64,000 bases of DNA from Takakia lepidozioides. Its lineage: Eukaryota; Plantae; Bryophyta. The stretch is taken from contig CM060734.1 in the NCBI GenBank assembly GCA_030704615.1, positions 28,334,001 through 28,398,000 on the forward strand, written 5' to 3'. The notes below the pieces were generated by a model. That model was not told where the DNA came from. It saw only the letters and a list, made by a program, of their open reading frames with translations, and did no database searches. Position numbers and translations under genes: made by a program. Shown here one piece after another: positions 61,680 to 64,000 of the stretch; the first letter of the stretch is position 1, and each line of letters opens with the position of its first letter.

Positions 61680-62265
61680 CTTCGATAGCCCTCAAAACAA
61701 GCTCATTACTGACGCAGCACCTCCAGGTAAACTGCAATGCGGTTGTTCTGGTGCCCTTGGTGGAGCTGACGACAATGTCATGCCCATCAATCATACCACC
61801 ATCATACATTGACAAGGTCACTATGGCCTCATGTTGCCCGTGCATTCGTCTTCGCAACTCAACCGAATGTCTCCATACACTGGAAGAGCGGAGTGAACTC
61901 CACGAATATAGTTTTCCCCGGTGCCGTCCTCCCTGGTCCACTCGCAGCAGTTCCAGCGCCAAAGCGAGGCCGTGCGTGATCTGTTTGGCATCCTATTCCA
62001 GCTTGGTATATCGAGGTCAACAATTTTCAGGACCCACGGACCGCATTGACCCTCGCCCTCACCTCGCTCAAAGCGGTAATAGCCCTCCAAATACTCCATT
62101 GCGTGCAAAGACTCCCGCTTGATTCTAGAAGCGTCAATGAAAACAGAGAGCCAGACAATGATGTCTCCTGATTCTGGTTTGAACATCGCATAATCGTGGC
62201 CATGATAAGGGCAGTCAACAGGATTGCGGCGGCACGGCATCCTTGCAAAAGATTAGCGGAGTACG
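61680..62265 (-). pseudogene. WxCCxW family paralogue 2; C-terminus continues at ~52500-52580, across inner element 2
   Basis: Rejoined ELVLRAIEVPSTW*RLCRRQKGLDL aligns with ELVFRAVEVPLTTWFVFRRHRAKDL of paralogue 3. One frameshift near 61845. Confidence 0.8.
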
Positions 62266-62664
62266 CTCAATGACAACAGCTCCCGGATTGAGGAGGCAGC
62301 AGCGCGGTGGCTGGAAGTAGTTCAAGGACATGACAATGTGGTTGCAAATGCTGCAATTCCTCACTAACACTCCAGGGCACATTTAAATTTCCCCCCTACA
62401 GGAACCTGCACGGATGAAGATTGGCTGCTCCATGAATGTAGCCATTTCAGTTTCCTTCCCTGCCATGCAAACTATGGGCAGTAAGTGCCAGGTGGGCCTA
62501 TAGCCACTCGAGACGACGAAGTCCATCCCCCCTTCGATGAAAATGCGGCGATGAATTTCCATCCGGGGGATAGACTTCGGTGGTAGATTACAAACTATTC
62601 CCTGTGGATGAGAAAGAGGTATCGGTTCATCCACCACTAGCGTGATGAACACATTACACGATGA

Positions 62665-63432
62665 TTGGTGGGTACGTGGGACCCAGATGCTCCATTATTG
62701 GAGCCCACACTGCTCTTTCGCTTCTCATCATTTCGAAAATCAAAGGGCTTCGTTGTTGTTCGCAAGGTCATTGTCATCGGCATCAAAGACGTCCTCAGGA
62801 CCTCCTTTGCAAGGATGCCGTGCTTCCGGAACCGAGACAACTGCCCTTATGGAGGCTTCGATTATGCAATGTATTCGGCCACATCGGGAGACATCGTTAT
62901 CTGGCACACAGTTTACGCAGAAGACACTGGGGCGAATGTGGAAACATTGTCCGCTTTTGAGTATATCCCAGGCCACTACGCCTTCGAGCGGGGTGACGAT
63001 CTTGGTCTGAGGAGTCTGTGGCTCCTGCGCATCCTTGATTCCAATTTTCCCAGCTACGACGGGCACCCATGCAGAAGAATGCGCATTGTTATGCTGGTGC
63101 GGTGGAACTGCTGCCAGTGGACGTGGGTGGACTCCATCGGAGAGACTTATACTCCTGAAGGAGTGCACTCCTCTTCTCCATTGTATGGGGACATTCGCAT
63201 TGGTGTGGACGACGAAAACGTGAAGCTTTCCATATTCGATGGTGGTATGATTGAAGGGCACGACATTGTGGTGAACATCAACAGGGGCGGTACAACGGCT
63301 GCAATCCAGTTTACCTGGAGGAGCCCGATGACTCATGAGCTAGTTTTCAGAGCAGTCGAAGTCCCATTGACAACGTGGTTTGTATTCAGAAGGCATAGGG
63401 CTAAAGATTTGTTTGCACCATCAGCACAGTAG
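62665..63432 (+). CDS. WxCCxW family paralogue 3 (open frame, start codon uncertain)
   Basis: 255-codon ORF, head-to-head with paralogue 2, with all family motifs. Confidence 0.75.
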   Translation: MVGTWDPDAPLLEPTLLFRFSSFRKSKGFVVVRKVIVIGIKDVLRTSFARMPCFRNRDNCPYGGFDYAMYSATSGDIVIWHTVYAEDTGANVETLSAFEYIPGHYAFERGDDLGLRSLWLLRILDSNFPSYDGHPCRRMRIVMLVRWNCCQWTWVDSIGETYTPEGVHSSSPLYGDIRIGVDDENVKLSIFDGGMIEGHDIVVNINRGGTTAAIQFTWRSPMTHELVFRAVEVPLTTWFVFRRHRAKDLFAPSAQ

Positions 63433-63704
63433 ACGTGCTTCAAATGCAATTCATGTGGATCAATAAAAACCCCATTGTGCCCTTTTTTTTGTTCTATTAT
63501 GTATCCATCGTTCCCAGAATGCATCATTCCTCATTTCGTTTGGGATTGGGAGTGGGGGTGGATTTTGCAAGTGGCTGGTAGGCTGAAATGGGCCCCCATT
63601 GTACAGAGCAGTACCACCCTAGCATTCGCGAAACATTGCCTTTCAATATGTAATTCTAAAAAACATTGCCGAACCTCCTTTATCGGGAGGTCCTTCTCCC
63701 CCTA

Positions 63705-63842
63705 TGACCGTGACACCCTCAACCCTATTCCCGCGGACACTCATTTCTGGAAAACAGTCCTGCTCATGTTTTTTTCGACACTTACGACTCTGCTCATGGC
63801 TCATGCCGCTCAATGCTCATGGCTCATGAAATAGCAGCCCCC
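63705..63842. repeat. MULE terminus with GCTCATG sub-repeats
   Basis: ...gctcatgccgctcaatgctcatggctcatgaaatagcagccccc, with the same terminal 20-mer as 61660-61679. Confidence 0.85.
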
Positions 63843-64000
63843 ACATGCTACCCTAGAGGTCGCATTTGGGCCTCGACATAGGAGACGCACTTGGATACAA
63901 AGAGGATTGCACTTGGACTTAGATGACATTGGACACTTGGGCCAATGGCACAGGCTACCCTAGTGTGCTTCATTACGACAAAGGATGAACGGATTATGAA

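Larger units (their letters stand above)
37614..63842. mobile_element. Outer multigene MULE-like element, interrupted twice; left end not found
   Basis: Contains a palindrome array, a transposase and cargo genes that rejoin across two TSDs. Right terminus ...GCTCATGAAATAGCAGCCCCC ends at 63842. That all parts belong to one element is an inference. Confidence 0.6.

Overview
Eukaryotic, intron-containing DNA with no recognisable host genes. A non-seed land plant is inferred from the style of the TE proteins; this is not proven. The left part (1-37.5 kb) is a nest of retroelements. It holds a gag-protease remnant, a CACTA end, and a full-length 11.1-kb Ty3/Gypsy element (10788-21918, minus strand, GGGGG TSD) with extra ORFs on both sides of gag-pol. 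Four rearranged fragments of that family, two LINE fragments and a Mutator fragment are also present. The right part (37.6-63.8 kb) is a nest of multigene Mutator-like (MULE) elements whose transposase has a GCM/WRKY-like Zn domain, a D-D-CxxH-E core and a SWIM finger. Two 9-bp TSDs delimit two inner elements (44203-51169 and 52590-61679). Each interrupts a cargo gene of an outer related element, and each interrupted gene can be rejoined across the insertion. The 52590-61679 element carries a spliced but decayed gene with the motif order of a beta-class N6-adenine/N4-cytosine DNA methyltransferase, plus two unassigned protein families. The non-coding parts of these MULEs are arrays of 22-30-bp palindromes spaced at 53, 63, 74 and 95-96 bp, i.e. 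whole helical turns. The main candidate new system is a MULE family combining an amino-methyltransferase-like gene, novel accessory genes and helically phased palindromic arrays, possibly a self-marking or anti-silencing module. All copies here are pseudogenised, so function is inferred only.
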